Notes under the pieces: generated by a model
Databases searched by the model: none
What the model was told of the DNA's origin: nothing
What the model saw: the letters and a program-made list of their open reading frames with translations, nothing else
Program-made: the position numbers and the translations under genes
Part shown: positions 6,073 through 14,709 of the stretch, one piece after another
How the letters are laid out: each line of letters starts with the position of its first letter
Position numbering within the stretch: position 1 is the stretch's first letter
Virus record (IMG/VR): IMGVR_UViG_3300038416_000073
Span: 1 to 29,628 of that record
DNA length: 29,628 bases
Reading direction: 5' to 3' (one strand)
Source of the DNA: a virus
Lineage: Duplodnaviria; Caudoviricetes

Positions 6073-6612
6073 GTGAGTCGAGCGCAGATCATTTCGGTAC
6101 GGATGCCAGTTAAGTTGTTGGAATGGTTGGATGAGCGGGCTCGGAGGCAAGAAATGAGCCGTTCACAGGTGTTAGTGCGCACACTGCGATACGCTTCACG
6201 GAAAGAGTCTAATGAAGACGATTTGCGGCCGTTGCAACGTGAATCCGAATCGGATTGGCCAGCGTCGGTGCCTAGTTTGTCATCGGGAAGTGATGCGAGA
6301 GTTTCGCAAGACGCATTCTCTAAAGCCGGATCAGCGTTGGGAGATGAACAGCCGGTCCTACGCAAACACTTACCAGAAGCGGGGCAAATTGATTCCACAA
6401 TCATGCTGGAGATGCGGCGATCCGAAAGCGCAGAAGCATCACCCGGATTATTCGAAACCGCTCGAAGTGGAGTGGCTGTGCCGGACCTGCCATCTTCTGC
6501 ACCATCAGAATGTCCGGTCCATGGCTTAACCTGCGGGGCCGCAAAGGACGGCGAAGGAATTCGCTGCGGATTAACAAAAACTGTCTACCATGTACTTGAG
6601 GCTGATTTATGA
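6073..6612 (+). CDS. CopG/RHH protein with a long extension and Cys/His C-terminus
   Basis: IISVRMPVKLLEWLDERARRQEMSRSQVL is a typical RHH; frame open to 6612 where the stop overlaps the next ATG. Confidence 0.7.
   Translation: MSRAQIISVRMPVKLLEWLDERARRQEMSRSQVLVRTLRYASRKESNEDDLRPLQRESESDWPASVPSLSSGSDARVSQDAFSKAGSALGDEQPVLRKHLPEAGQIDSTIMLEMRRSESAEASPGLFETARSGVAVPDLPSSAPSECPVHGLTCGAAKDGEGIRCGLTKTVYHVLEADL
6212..6529 (+). CDS. HNH-like zinc-finger endonuclease
   Basis: CxxC...CxxC N-terminus; CWRCG..AQKHHPDYSKPLEVEWLCRTCH motif. Confidence 0.85.
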   Translation: MKTICGRCNVNPNRIGQRRCLVCHREVMREFRKTHSLKPDQRWEMNSRSYANTYQKRGKLIPQSCWRCGDPKAQKHHPDYSKPLEVEWLCRTCHLLHHQNVRSMA

Positions 6613-7064
6613 TCGAGCCTGAAGAAAAGAAAATGCTCAAGGTTCTTGAGCACATTCTCTACGAGCTGCGCGAGATACGGCACGAGCTCCGACCTAAACT
6701 GTTAACAACCATCGAAGTCCAGTTCTCGAAAGGAACTTTTATGCCAACACCCGGACCTCTCACTCTCACTACTGTTGGTCAGACCGACACCGCTGTTGTG
6801 GTCGGCATTGACCAGTACGGCAATCCATGGACAGGGGCAATTCCGCCCGTAACCTACGCCATCGACGATGCAACGATTGCGACTTCGACGCCGAACGCCG
6901 ATGGCCTGACGGACCTGATTACCGCCGTAGCCAACGGGACCGCAAACCTGACCGCAACGCTTAGCACCGCTGAATGGTTGGCGCTGAGCGACGTGGAGCA
7001 GGTGATCGTCGCCATTCAACAGGCTCCCCCGGTTCTGTCGGCTATCAAGGTCGAGTTTCAGTAG
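6609..7064 (+). CDS. Ig-like (Big_2-type) domain protein; probable internal start at 6741
   Basis: DQYGNP...VTY..DDATIAT...ITAVANGTANLTAT; AAAGGA RBS before ATG 6741. Confidence 0.75.
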   Translation: MIEPEEKKMLKVLEHILYELREIRHELRPKLLTTIEVQFSKGTFMPTPGPLTLTTVGQTDTAVVVGIDQYGNPWTGAIPPVTYAIDDATIATSTPNADGLTDLITAVANGTANLTATLSTAEWLALSDVEQVIVAIQQAPPVLSAIKVEFQ

Positions 7065-7078
7065 TCCTCCCCTGGCAA

Positions 7079-7124
7079 GCGGCGCGGCTCAGGCCCCGTA
7101 TGGCTCATCCCGCGCCGCATTTTT
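7079..7124 (+). terminator. Candidate intrinsic terminator or attenuating hairpin
   Basis: GCGGCGCGG (7079-7087) pairs with CCGCGCCGC (7110-7118), followed by ATTTTT. Confidence 0.5.
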
Positions 7125-7135
7125 GAAAGGAACCC

Positions 7136-7819
7136 ATGATTCACGAAGTTGATTTGGCGGGCGAGACGGCGGAGACCCGCGCCTTAGAGGGTATTGACCG
7201 CTCCTCGGACGGCACGCTGGGATTTAGCCGGGCGCACTCGGCGGAGCAGGAGTTGGTGCGGGATGGGTTGGAAATCAGAGAGTATGCCTACGATGGGCCA
7301 AGTGGGCGTGCCTCTCTGCTTATCAACGCCTCGGCCGCTCCGCCCCTGCTGCGCGGCTGGTCGATCACGCCGCTCGATGACCGCCTGCTGGTCGAGTACG
7401 CCAGTTTCAAAGAGGGCTATGTGTGCGAAGCGTGCCAGGGATCGGGCATGTCCAAAATACCCTGTGCAACTTGCCAAGGAACGAAAAAGCAGGAGATTAA
7501 GCCGGGACGATTTGAGGCATGCGATAGGTGCAGAATCGTCGGCGCCGATGCACACGAGCCGTCTTCTTGCGGGTTTTATCCCTGCGTGGGTTGTAACGGT
7601 TCCGGTCTCGCCCCTGGGATCCTCGCCATGCCTGACTCCTCGAAGCAGGATCACAGCTACGGCGATATTCTGGCGGTGGGGCAATCGGTGATGGATTTGC
7701 GCCCCGGCGACAGAGTAGTATTCTCGAAGATGGCGGGAATTTATCTGAAGGGCGATACCCGTAACTGCTGTCTGCTAAGGCGCGGCGAAATCATGGGGTT
7801 GATGGTGAAGAAGGGCTAG
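7136..7819 (+). CDS. groES: GroES-like co-chaperonin with an inserted DnaJ-type zinc finger and N-terminal extension
   Basis: ITPLDDRLLVE...GILAMPDSSKQ...GDILAVG...LRPGDRVVFSKMAG...LLRRGEIMG; four CxxC(xGxG) units between the first strand and GILAMP. Confidence 0.85.
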   Translation: MIHEVDLAGETAETRALEGIDRSSDGTLGFSRAHSAEQELVRDGLEIREYAYDGPSGRASLLINASAAPPLLRGWSITPLDDRLLVEYASFKEGYVCEACQGSGMSKIPCATCQGTKKQEIKPGRFEACDRCRIVGADAHEPSSCGFYPCVGCNGSGLAPGILAMPDSSKQDHSYGDILAVGQSVMDLRPGDRVVFSKMAGIYLKGDTRNCCLLRRGEIMGLMVKKG

Positions 7820-7821
7820 CG

Positions 7822-7983
7822 ATGACCAGCGAAGAGCTTGCTAGTTTGCGTAGACTCACAGAACGAGCAGTTTATAAACTGGAACTCGAACAAGAGAGAG
7901 ATTGCAACTGCGTATGGCACGAATTTGAGACATTGATTTTATGGCTTGAGGATTATTTTAAGGAGCAGAACACAAAGAAATGA
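7822..7983 (+). CDS. 53-aa hypothetical protein (MTSEELASLRRL...)
   Basis: Manual translation; fills the gap, with ATGA overlap to the next ORF. Confidence 0.5.
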   Translation: MTSEELASLRRLTERAVYKLELEQERDCNCVWHEFETLILWLEDYFKEQNTKK

Positions 7984-8486
7984 GCTTTAAAGGCTTTCCC
8001 ATGGATCAGAAGAAGAAGGCGCCGAAGACGACCTGGAAACAGCGCCGGCGCATTCAGCGGATTCACGCTATCCGGCTGGCTAACGCGGATTTCTTCTATG
8101 CTCTCGATCCCGACCTGAGCGCCCACATGCTCAATATCTCTCCCGAGGAAGCCTTTCGCGCCCGCAAGAACCCGGTCTACGACGAGCGCCTAAATCAACT
8201 GGAAAACGAAGAGATGGGCCAGTTGCGGCGCACCATGAAAGAGGATACCGACAAGCTGCGGCTGGCGTTGCAGGCTAAGGTTCCCCGCGCCATGGAAGTT
8301 CTCGACGAAGCTCTTTGGAGTGGCGATATGAACGTGGCCGTGCGCGCTGCCCAGGAAGTGCTGGACCGCGATGGGCGGATGCCCAAGGTATCGCGCTTGC
8401 AGACCGCGCCGGCGGACGAAAACACGATGCCCGATGTCGAGCCCAAGCTGCTGGCTGAGTTCCTACCCACATCAAAGCCGAATTGA
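7980..8486 (+). CDS. terS: Putative terminase small subunit
   Basis: Upstream of TerL; HTH-like N-half, helical A..VL.EAL...AVRAAQEVLDRDG segment. Confidence 0.6.
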   Translation: MSFKGFPMDQKKKAPKTTWKQRRRIQRIHAIRLANADFFYALDPDLSAHMLNISPEEAFRARKNPVYDERLNQLENEEMGQLRRTMKEDTDKLRLALQAKVPRAMEVLDEALWSGDMNVAVRAAQEVLDRDGRMPKVSRLQTAPADENTMPDVEPKLLAEFLPTSKPN

Positions 8487-8496
8487 GGGTAAGGTA

Positions 8497-8559
8497 ATGA
8501 AACAAACTCAAAGGAAAAAAGAAAAGGCTGTTCTTAAGCACCGGAAAGGTCGTAAGTGA
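8497..8559 (+). CDS. 20-aa basic peptide (MKQTQRKKEKAVLKHRKGRK)
   Basis: GAGG/AAGG RBS; GTGA overlap with the next gene. Confidence 0.4.
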   Translation: MKQTQRKKEKAVLKHRKGRK

Positions 8560-8789
8560 TGGGAGTCCTGTTGGTATCTACCACACTTCTAACTTGCGAT
8601 TCTTGCGGCAAGCGCGAGGTTGATCCACAGTTTCCAGCACGGATGAACAACTGGTTTACCGTGTTTCGCGGCGGATACACTATGTTCCCCGGACACGATC
8701 CAGACGCGATCTTCTGCCTTGAGTGTATGCATAAGATCAAGAATCTATACGACATGAAATATAGTCCGGCTGCTACGAAAAAAGATTGA
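8556..8789 (+). CDS. Small Zn-finger protein
   Basis: CDSCG...FCLEC. Confidence 0.65.
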   Translation: MMGVLLVSTTLLTCDSCGKREVDPQFPARMNNWFTVFRGGYTMFPGHDPDAIFCLECMHKIKNLYDMKYSPAATKKD

Positions 8790-8792
8790 GCC

Positions 8793-10517
8793 ATGGCGAC
8801 CGACGTAATCGCCGCGTTCCCCGAAATACTTCCCCCCACACCCCTGAAATGGCAGTTCCTGCCTTGGGATAAGAGTGTCAGCGAGCGCGCCCGCAAAGTG
8901 GCCATGCGGCTCAATGCGCTGGCTGACCCCTATTTCTTCGGCAAGGTGGTGCTGCAGCGTGATCGTCTTGTGCAGCACCTTCATGGCGCATGGCTTCAGA
9001 CATTATCCAACCCGCAACTGCACATGCTTTTCGAGGCTCCGCGCGACCATTTCAAGACCACATGCGGGACGGAGATTTTGTCAATCTGGTGGGCATTGCC
9101 TTTTGAAGCCCGCGAAGAGGACTGGATGCGAGCCAGAGGAGCGGGCGATGAGTGGATCAGGTACATGAAACGCATCCACTCGCGCAACCTGCGCATTCTG
9201 ATTGCTTCAGAGACTGAGCCGAACGCGGTTGAGATGGGATTCTGTTTCGATCATCAATACGAGAAAAACGAACGCTTCCGCAGCGTGTTTTTCGATCTGA
9301 TACCGCCGACCGGGGCAACCTGGAACCAGCTTTCCAAGAGCCACAACCGTACTTCTTTCACCGGACAGGGAACATATAGCTTTGTGGGCGTGGGCACGGT
9401 GCTGCAATCGCGGCATTTCGACCGCGCGGTAGAGGACGATCTTTTTGGAGAAGAGGCGCTGTACTCGGAGTCAAGCCGCAAGACGACAATCGAATGGCAC
9501 CAGCGGCTGCCCGGCGCCTTCGACAGCGATTCCGATTCGGAAACGAAATTGAATCTCGAGCTGGTGACGGGCAACAGATGGAGCCTGAACGATCTCAATG
9601 CCCACATCAGGGAGAACAATCCCAGTTTTCATGTGGAGAGCCATTCGGCTGAAGGCGGCTGCTGCACCAGACACCCTGCCGGCCAGCCCATTTTCCCTGA
9701 AGAATTCTCGATGGAAAAGTTGCACGAATTGCGGGTGCGCTTCGGGATTCGCAACTATTCGGCCCACTATCTCAACCAGCCCGTCACGGAAGAGGAGTGC
9801 AGTTTCAGGAAGGCGTGGCTCCGCAAATACCGGCTATTCAGGAAGCAGATGGGTTTCAAGGTGGACGGCACGCCCATCGAGCGCACCATGCTGGAGCGCA
9901 TCCCATCTGATTCCAACTCCATGCTGGAGGACGTTCCGCTCTCGGAACTAACCCGCGTGTTGATCCTCGACCCTAACCATGGCGGCGAGAAAGGTCGAGC
10001 GCGTCATGCCGCAGTTGTCGTGGGATATAGGAGATTTCAGGGCAAGAAGGAGATTTATCTTCTCCAGGCCTGGGCCAAGGCGGTCTCGCACGATCAGATG
10101 GCGGGTAATGTGAAGAAGATTGCCGAACGCTGGCATGTGGAGCGCGTGTTTGTCGAGACCATCGCCGGCCAGGACGGTTGGCTGCTTTATTTCGAGCGCG
10201 AACTGCGCGCCAGTTTGCCGCAAACATTTGTTGAAGCCTGCCCCAAGGAGCGCGGCGCCGGTGCGAAAGAGCGGCGGATTCTCTCGATGTCTCCCCTCTA
10301 TGAGCGCGGCCAGGTTTGGGTTCCGGTCACAGGCGCGGAGGATTTTCTGCACGAGTACGAGTACCACCCCAACGGCACTACGGTAGACTTGATCGACGCA
10401 ATGGGGTATCTTTTCAACATCGTGGAGACTCAGGAAGTGGACGGCGCTCTCTGGAAACGACAGTTTGGCATGGACATGGAGCGCAGGCGGCGTAGCATAG
10501 GAAGCGCAGGTTACTGA
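8793..10517 (+). CDS. terL: Terminase large subunit
   Basis: Walker A variant APRDHFKTT, Walker B RAVEDD, GNRW motif, YLNQP, nuclease LILDP and DLIDA. Confidence 0.95.
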   Translation: MATDVIAAFPEILPPTPLKWQFLPWDKSVSERARKVAMRLNALADPYFFGKVVLQRDRLVQHLHGAWLQTLSNPQLHMLFEAPRDHFKTTCGTEILSIWWALPFEAREEDWMRARGAGDEWIRYMKRIHSRNLRILIASETEPNAVEMGFCFDHQYEKNERFRSVFFDLIPPTGATWNQLSKSHNRTSFTGQGTYSFVGVGTVLQSRHFDRAVEDDLFGEEALYSESSRKTTIEWHQRLPGAFDSDSDSETKLNLELVTGNRWSLNDLNAHIRENNPSFHVESHSAEGGCCTRHPAGQPIFPEEFSMEKLHELRVRFGIRNYSAHYLNQPVTEEECSFRKAWLRKYRLFRKQMGFKVDGTPIERTMLERIPSDSNSMLEDVPLSELTRVLILDPNHGGEKGRARHAAVVVGYRRFQGKKEIYLLQAWAKAVSHDQMAGNVKKIAERWHVERVFVETIAGQDGWLLYFERELRASLPQTFVEACPKERGAGAKERRILSMSPLYERGQVWVPVTGAEDFLHEYEYHPNGTTVDLIDAMGYLFNIVETQEVDGALWKRQFGMDMERRRRSIGSAGY

Positions 10518-10618
10518 TGGAAGCGAAGTCTGAGAATGTTTTTATGACTATCGCCGTGCTGGCATTCGGTGTTTGGTTATTCAGTGTGTTAATGCGCGTG
10601 TTTCTCGGAGTACGCTGA
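10517..10618 (+). CDS. 33-aa single-TM peptide (MEAKSENVFMTIAVLAFGVWLFSVLMRVFLGVR)
   Basis: TGATG overlaps with both the terL stop and the portal start. Confidence 0.55.
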   Translation: MEAKSENVFMTIAVLAFGVWLFSVLMRVFLGVR

Positions 10619-12540
10619 TGGCGCTACCCAGGATCATTCGCTGCGATGAGTATTTCGGCCCCGACACCATGGCCGAATTGCGCGGCTACGCTTTTCAGTA
10701 TCTCGAATCCCTGCGCACCCAACTCCGCGAAATCCGCACCGACCGCGTGACCGACATGCGGCGTATTCTCGAAGGCAAGCCCAAAGAGCCCATCAAGAGT
10801 TTTCCTTGGCAGTACGCCGCGAATACCATTGTGCAACTGGTGGCGAGCTTTACCGATCAGTTTGCCGCCCGCATGGTGATGGGCGTGCACAACACTGTGC
10901 CGGTATTTCCGGTAAAGATCCTGGGCGGCATGGACGTAAAACTCCAGCCCGAGAAGCGCCGCGAACTGCTGGAAGACTTTCTCCAGACTTCGGCCATCGA
11001 CCCGGCGACCGTGAACCTGATCGAAACCGAGTACACATGGTTCCGCAACGCCATCGCTTACGGTTGCCGTGCCCTCAAAGTCAATCTGGTATCCGACACC
11101 AGCTACGTGATGCGTGGCAAGGAACCGCAACTGGTGCGCGGCTACCAGGGGCCGGAACTGGTCTCGCTCGAATACGAAGATTTTCTCATGCCTCCCGAGG
11201 CCATGCCGGTCTCGCGGATGCCGTTCAAGGCTCAGGCGATTCACCTTTCCCGCTGGGACATCGAGCAGCGCGTAGCATCCGGTGTCTGGGACAAGGACGA
11301 AGCGCAGGCGGTATTGACGGCGTCGACCACCACCGCCGACGACCAGCCGCGCAAGGAACTTCAATCCGATCAGAAGATCGCGCCATCGGCTACCAAGGAA
11401 GCGCAGATATTCACTCTCTACGAGTGCCACGTAAAGTTCCTGCATTCAAAGACTTTCGACTGTATCCTGACTTTACACCCCGAAACTAAAGCCTGTCCCA
11501 AAGCGATATTCCGTTTCTACCCGCCGGATATTCAGGAATTCATCCTGCTGCGCGTGGGCGGAGGCAATCGGGCTTACGGGCTGGGCTTGATTGAAGCTCT
11601 GCAGGATTATCAGGAGGAAGTTTCCCAGATTCACAACCAGCGCCGCGATGCCGCGACGGCCGCCAACACCAACGTGCTGCGCGTTACCCCCGGTTCGCAA
11701 CTCGATACCATGACTACGCTTTACCCCATGGGCATTATTCCCGCGCCGCCGGGAAGTATCGAATGGCTGCAACTGGGGCGTAACCCGGTCGAGACTATTC
11801 AGGACGAGAATCTGGTGCGCATGGAAGCCAGCGAGCGCGCGGGCGTCCATCCGTCGTTCTCCGGCTCCGGCTCCGGCGGCCCCAACAAGCGCGGCGTCTA
11901 CTCCGCGATGGGCACGATGTCGGTGATGCAGGAGGGCAACTCCCGCACCGACATGAATCTGGCGCTATTTCGCAATGCTCATGTGCTCTTGGGGCAGACA
12001 CTTCTAGGTCTCTACTCCCACTTCGGCGTGGATAAAAAGGTGCTGGCGCGCTACGGGACAGACGAAAAACTGCTCTCCTCGGCGCTTGAGGACTATGCGG
12101 CAGGCAATATGCAGGCCGTGGTTCATGCGGGAACGGCGAGCGTCAACCGCGAAGTCGAAAAGCAGAACCTGATGTTGATGATGCAGAACCTGCGCCAGCA
12201 CTATCAGCAGGCAGTGGGGATGCTGCAGATGATCGAGAACCCCATGACGCCGCCCGACACGAAGAAATATCTCGCGGAGGCGCTGGCGGGACTCAATACC
12301 CTGATGAAGTGGGCCATCCGCAACTTCGGCATCGGTGCCGGCGGCCAGGATTTCGTGCCCCAGACCGAGAATCTGGTCGTTAAACAACAGCAGCAACCGC
12401 AGCCGCCGCAACTCGGTCAAGGGCAAAATCCAGGGGGGAATCAAGATAGTCAACAGGGAGGCGGTATGCCGGTGCCGAACGGCGCCGCTGCGCCTCCGCA
12501 ACCGCCCACTCAACCCCCCATCACAGGGAGACCGCAATGA
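10618..12540 (+). CDS. Portal protein (podovirus/P22-like size)
   Basis: Follows TerL; FPW..AAN, YG.G.IE.L.D.Q.E....HNQRRD motifs; Q/P-rich tail; start set at ATG 10618. Confidence 0.9.
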   Translation: MALPRIIRCDEYFGPDTMAELRGYAFQYLESLRTQLREIRTDRVTDMRRILEGKPKEPIKSFPWQYAANTIVQLVASFTDQFAARMVMGVHNTVPVFPVKILGGMDVKLQPEKRRELLEDFLQTSAIDPATVNLIETEYTWFRNAIAYGCRALKVNLVSDTSYVMRGKEPQLVRGYQGPELVSLEYEDFLMPPEAMPVSRMPFKAQAIHLSRWDIEQRVASGVWDKDEAQAVLTASTTTADDQPRKELQSDQKIAPSATKEAQIFTLYECHVKFLHSKTFDCILTLHPETKACPKAIFRFYPPDIQEFILLRVGGGNRAYGLGLIEALQDYQEEVSQIHNQRRDAATAANTNVLRVTPGSQLDTMTTLYPMGIIPAPPGSIEWLQLGRNPVETIQDENLVRMEASERAGVHPSFSGSGSGGPNKRGVYSAMGTMSVMQEGNSRTDMNLALFRNAHVLLGQTLLGLYSHFGVDKKVLARYGTDEKLLSSALEDYAAGNMQAVVHAGTASVNREVEKQNLMLMMQNLRQHYQQAVGMLQMIENPMTPPDTKKYLAEALAGLNTLMKWAIRNFGIGAGGQDFVPQTENLVVKQQQQPQPPQLGQGQNPGGNQDSQQGGGMPVPNGAAAPPQPPTQPPITGRPQ

Positions 12541-12773
12541 AGTCTGAAAAGAGCGAACAGATTGTCGATTTGGCTGCAAGCCTAGCAGCGAAGGCTGACG
12601 ACATCGATCAAGTTCTGATTATCTATCGGAACAAACAGCGTGAAGGCGAAGACGATATTCAGGGGTCGATGGACAACGAACTTACGCTTTCGCAAAGTCT
12701 GTGGCTGGTCGAAGGATTCAAATTCTGGTTGCAGGCGGGAGCGATCGGGATTCTTAAGGAGAAATCGAAATGA
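12537..12773 (+). CDS. Hypothetical protein
   Basis: ATGA overlap, GGAG RBS. Confidence 0.7.
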   Translation: MKSEKSEQIVDLAASLAAKADDIDQVLIIYRNKQREGEDDIQGSMDNELTLSQSLWLVEGFKFWLQAGAIGILKEKSK

Positions 12774-12943
12774 AATTTATATTTGGCAGACGCGAAATTG
12801 TGAGCTTTACGCTCGGAATGGAGCTTTGCCATCTTAACCATGCCTCGAAGCAACTTCTATTTCGATTGGAACTCGGGTTTTCTGAGTATTTTCTTCTTGC
12901 GGATTGGAGACGAGCAGCCTTTTTTCTAAGGAGTATCGCATGA
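12770..12943 (+). CDS. 57-aa hypothetical protein (MKFIFGRREIV...)
   Basis: AAGGAG RBS; ATGA overlaps at both ends. Confidence 0.5.
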   Translation: MKFIFGRREIVSFTLGMELCHLNHASKQLLFRLELGFSEYFLLADWRRAAFFLRSIA

Positions 12944-13107
12944 CCTTCAAGAAAACGTATATCGAGAACGACGTTCCGAGCATGAAGAAGCCCGCCGGGA
13001 TGCTCGACCATCACCCGCACAAAGGCTTTCCCTCGCACGGCAAGATTATGTTGAGATCGGGAAAGACGCATTTGCTGGACTGTATCACCAAGCCGAAGAA
13101 GGGCTGA
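12940..13107 (+). CDS. Small basic hypothetical protein (MTFKKTYIEND...)
   Basis: AAGGAG RBS; TGATG coupling. Confidence 0.6.
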   Translation: MTFKKTYIENDVPSMKKPAGMLDHHPHKGFPSHGKIMLRSGKTHLLDCITKPKKG

Positions 13108-13379
13108 TGACCGAGGAAGAGAAAACCTCGAAGAAGCTGGCGCTGGCTCACCGGATGCTTGAAGCTGCGGCTTCTCCCGTATGGCGCGACGTGATTCTTC
13201 CCTACATCGAGCAGGAGCGCGTCCTGCAGATCGACCTCATGGCCGCGCAGACCGAAGCCCTGCAACTGATGCGCTATGCCGGCGCGGTGCAGGCGCTCAA
13301 GAATTTAAGCGAACTCGAATCCCGCGCCCGGCAGGTCATCGAGCAGGAAAGCTCCCGAAAACTGGAGAAATTTAAATAA
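13107..13379 (+). CDS. Small helical head-module protein
   Basis: Position between portal and scaffold; SPVW..V...RYAGAVQAL pattern. Confidence 0.7.
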   Translation: MTEEEKTSKKLALAHRMLEAAASPVWRDVILPYIEQERVLQIDLMAAQTEALQLMRYAGAVQALKNLSELESRARQVIEQESSRKLEKFK

Positions 13380-13383
13380 AAGT

Positions 13384-13412
13384 TTGACTTTTTTGGTAAT
13401 CGGGGATAAAGA
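13384..13412 (+). promoter_or_regulatory. Candidate promoter for the capsid operon
   Basis: TTGACT, 17 bp, TAAAGA in an AT-rich gap. Confidence 0.35.
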
Positions 13413-13430
13413 GTGTGGAGAGAACAATCT

Positions 13431-14105
13431 ATGGCTTTTGGTAAAGTTGATCCCGTTGAAGTGATCGGTATGAGCGCTGACGAACTCAAGGGAAAACTTG
13501 ATAGCGCGGCCTCCAAAGACGATCTCAAGGCAGTCACGGATGGTCAGACGGCGCTGCAAAACACGCTGACCAGCCTTCAGCAAAGCATCGAATCGCTGAA
13601 ATCGAAGCCTAAGGATGACAGTGGAAGCGAGGGCGACTTGGATTTCCTGGCCGATCCCGACAAGGTGCTCAATTCCCGCCTCAAACCCCTTACCGACCAG
13701 ACCTATGCCAACACCATCATGCTTCAGCACGATGCGGCGCGGAAGGCGCATCCCCGTGACTTCGACCGCTGGGGTACGGAGATCGTGAAGAAGATGGGCG
13801 AATTGTCCGCCGACCAGCAATCCGATCCCCGCGTGTGGAAGGCGATGGTGCTGATGGTCAGGGGTGAGCATGCCGACCAGATTGAGAGGGACGGCGCCAC
13901 GGGTCAGTTCGGTTTTCTCGAACCCGTATCTGCTGGCTTGCGGCCAGACCCCAAGAACAACGAGAATCTTTCGCCGGCAGAGCGTGAGATGGTGAAAACG
14001 CTCTCGCCCTTCGGCGTGACCGCCGACAAATACAAGAGGGGCAAACAGCGGCTTGTGGAATCCCGCGCCGCGCGTCTCGGGCGCTTTGCCCAGGTGGAGG
14101 GATAA
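13431..14105 (+). CDS. Putative scaffolding protein
   Basis: Coiled-coil, charged, C-terminal LS.AE.E.....GVT...Y; upstream of MCP; GGAG RBS. Confidence 0.75.
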   Translation: MAFGKVDPVEVIGMSADELKGKLDSAASKDDLKAVTDGQTALQNTLTSLQQSIESLKSKPKDDSGSEGDLDFLADPDKVLNSRLKPLTDQTYANTIMLQHDAARKAHPRDFDRWGTEIVKKMGELSADQQSDPRVWKAMVLMVRGEHADQIERDGATGQFGFLEPVSAGLRPDPKNNENLSPAEREMVKTLSPFGVTADKYKRGKQRLVESRAARLGRFAQVEG

Positions 14106-14695
14106 TGCCGCCGGAGAAAAAACCTGTTCAGGTCAGCCCTGACCGCCATTTTGTCGAGTACGAAGGCACGGCAATTGAGATTCCCAAACCGATTCAGGAG
14201 ATGACGCAATCGGATTGGGTGCGGCTCTCGACCGGCGAGCGGAGTCCCCTGCGCAAGATTCAGGTTGAGAATCAGAGTTTTCTCGGCCTTCATGTCGTCC
14301 TCAAAGACAAGAATTACGTTCCCGTATGGCTCTATGCGGGTAACCGCAACGGCGATATTCCGCGCGCCTTCGATACCTTGGAGCGCGCCGTGGCTATAGG
14401 GGCGCAACTGGTCTCGACGCTCGACGACATCGACGTGCCCAATCACTTCCAACTCTCCGCAGACGGCCATATCCACCGCGACGATGTGGTGCTGGCCAAG
14501 GTTCCCATTGTGGCCTACTACGCGCTTCAGGCCGAAAACATCCGCAAGTCCAAGGCGGCCATCGAGTACAAAGCCGTCGAGGGAAAAGCATACGAGAATG
14601 TTGATGGGCCGCACTACGTCAAAGGCAACATCGAACATCCCGTATTCCAGGCAACCGAACATTCGGTCCAATATCAGGACCGGCCGAGATTCTAG
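14105..14695 (+). CDS. Head-module hypothetical protein
   Basis: TAATG coupling; DVVLAKVP..YY motif; between scaffold and decoration genes. Confidence 0.75.
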   Translation: MPPEKKPVQVSPDRHFVEYEGTAIEIPKPIQEMTQSDWVRLSTGERSPLRKIQVENQSFLGLHVVLKDKNYVPVWLYAGNRNGDIPRAFDTLERAVAIGAQLVSTLDDIDVPNHFQLSADGHIHRDDVVLAKVPIVAYYALQAENIRKSKAAIEYKAVEGKAYENVDGPHYVKGNIEHPVFQATEHSVQYQDRPRF

Positions 14696-14709
14696 TTAGG
14701 AGCTGACCG

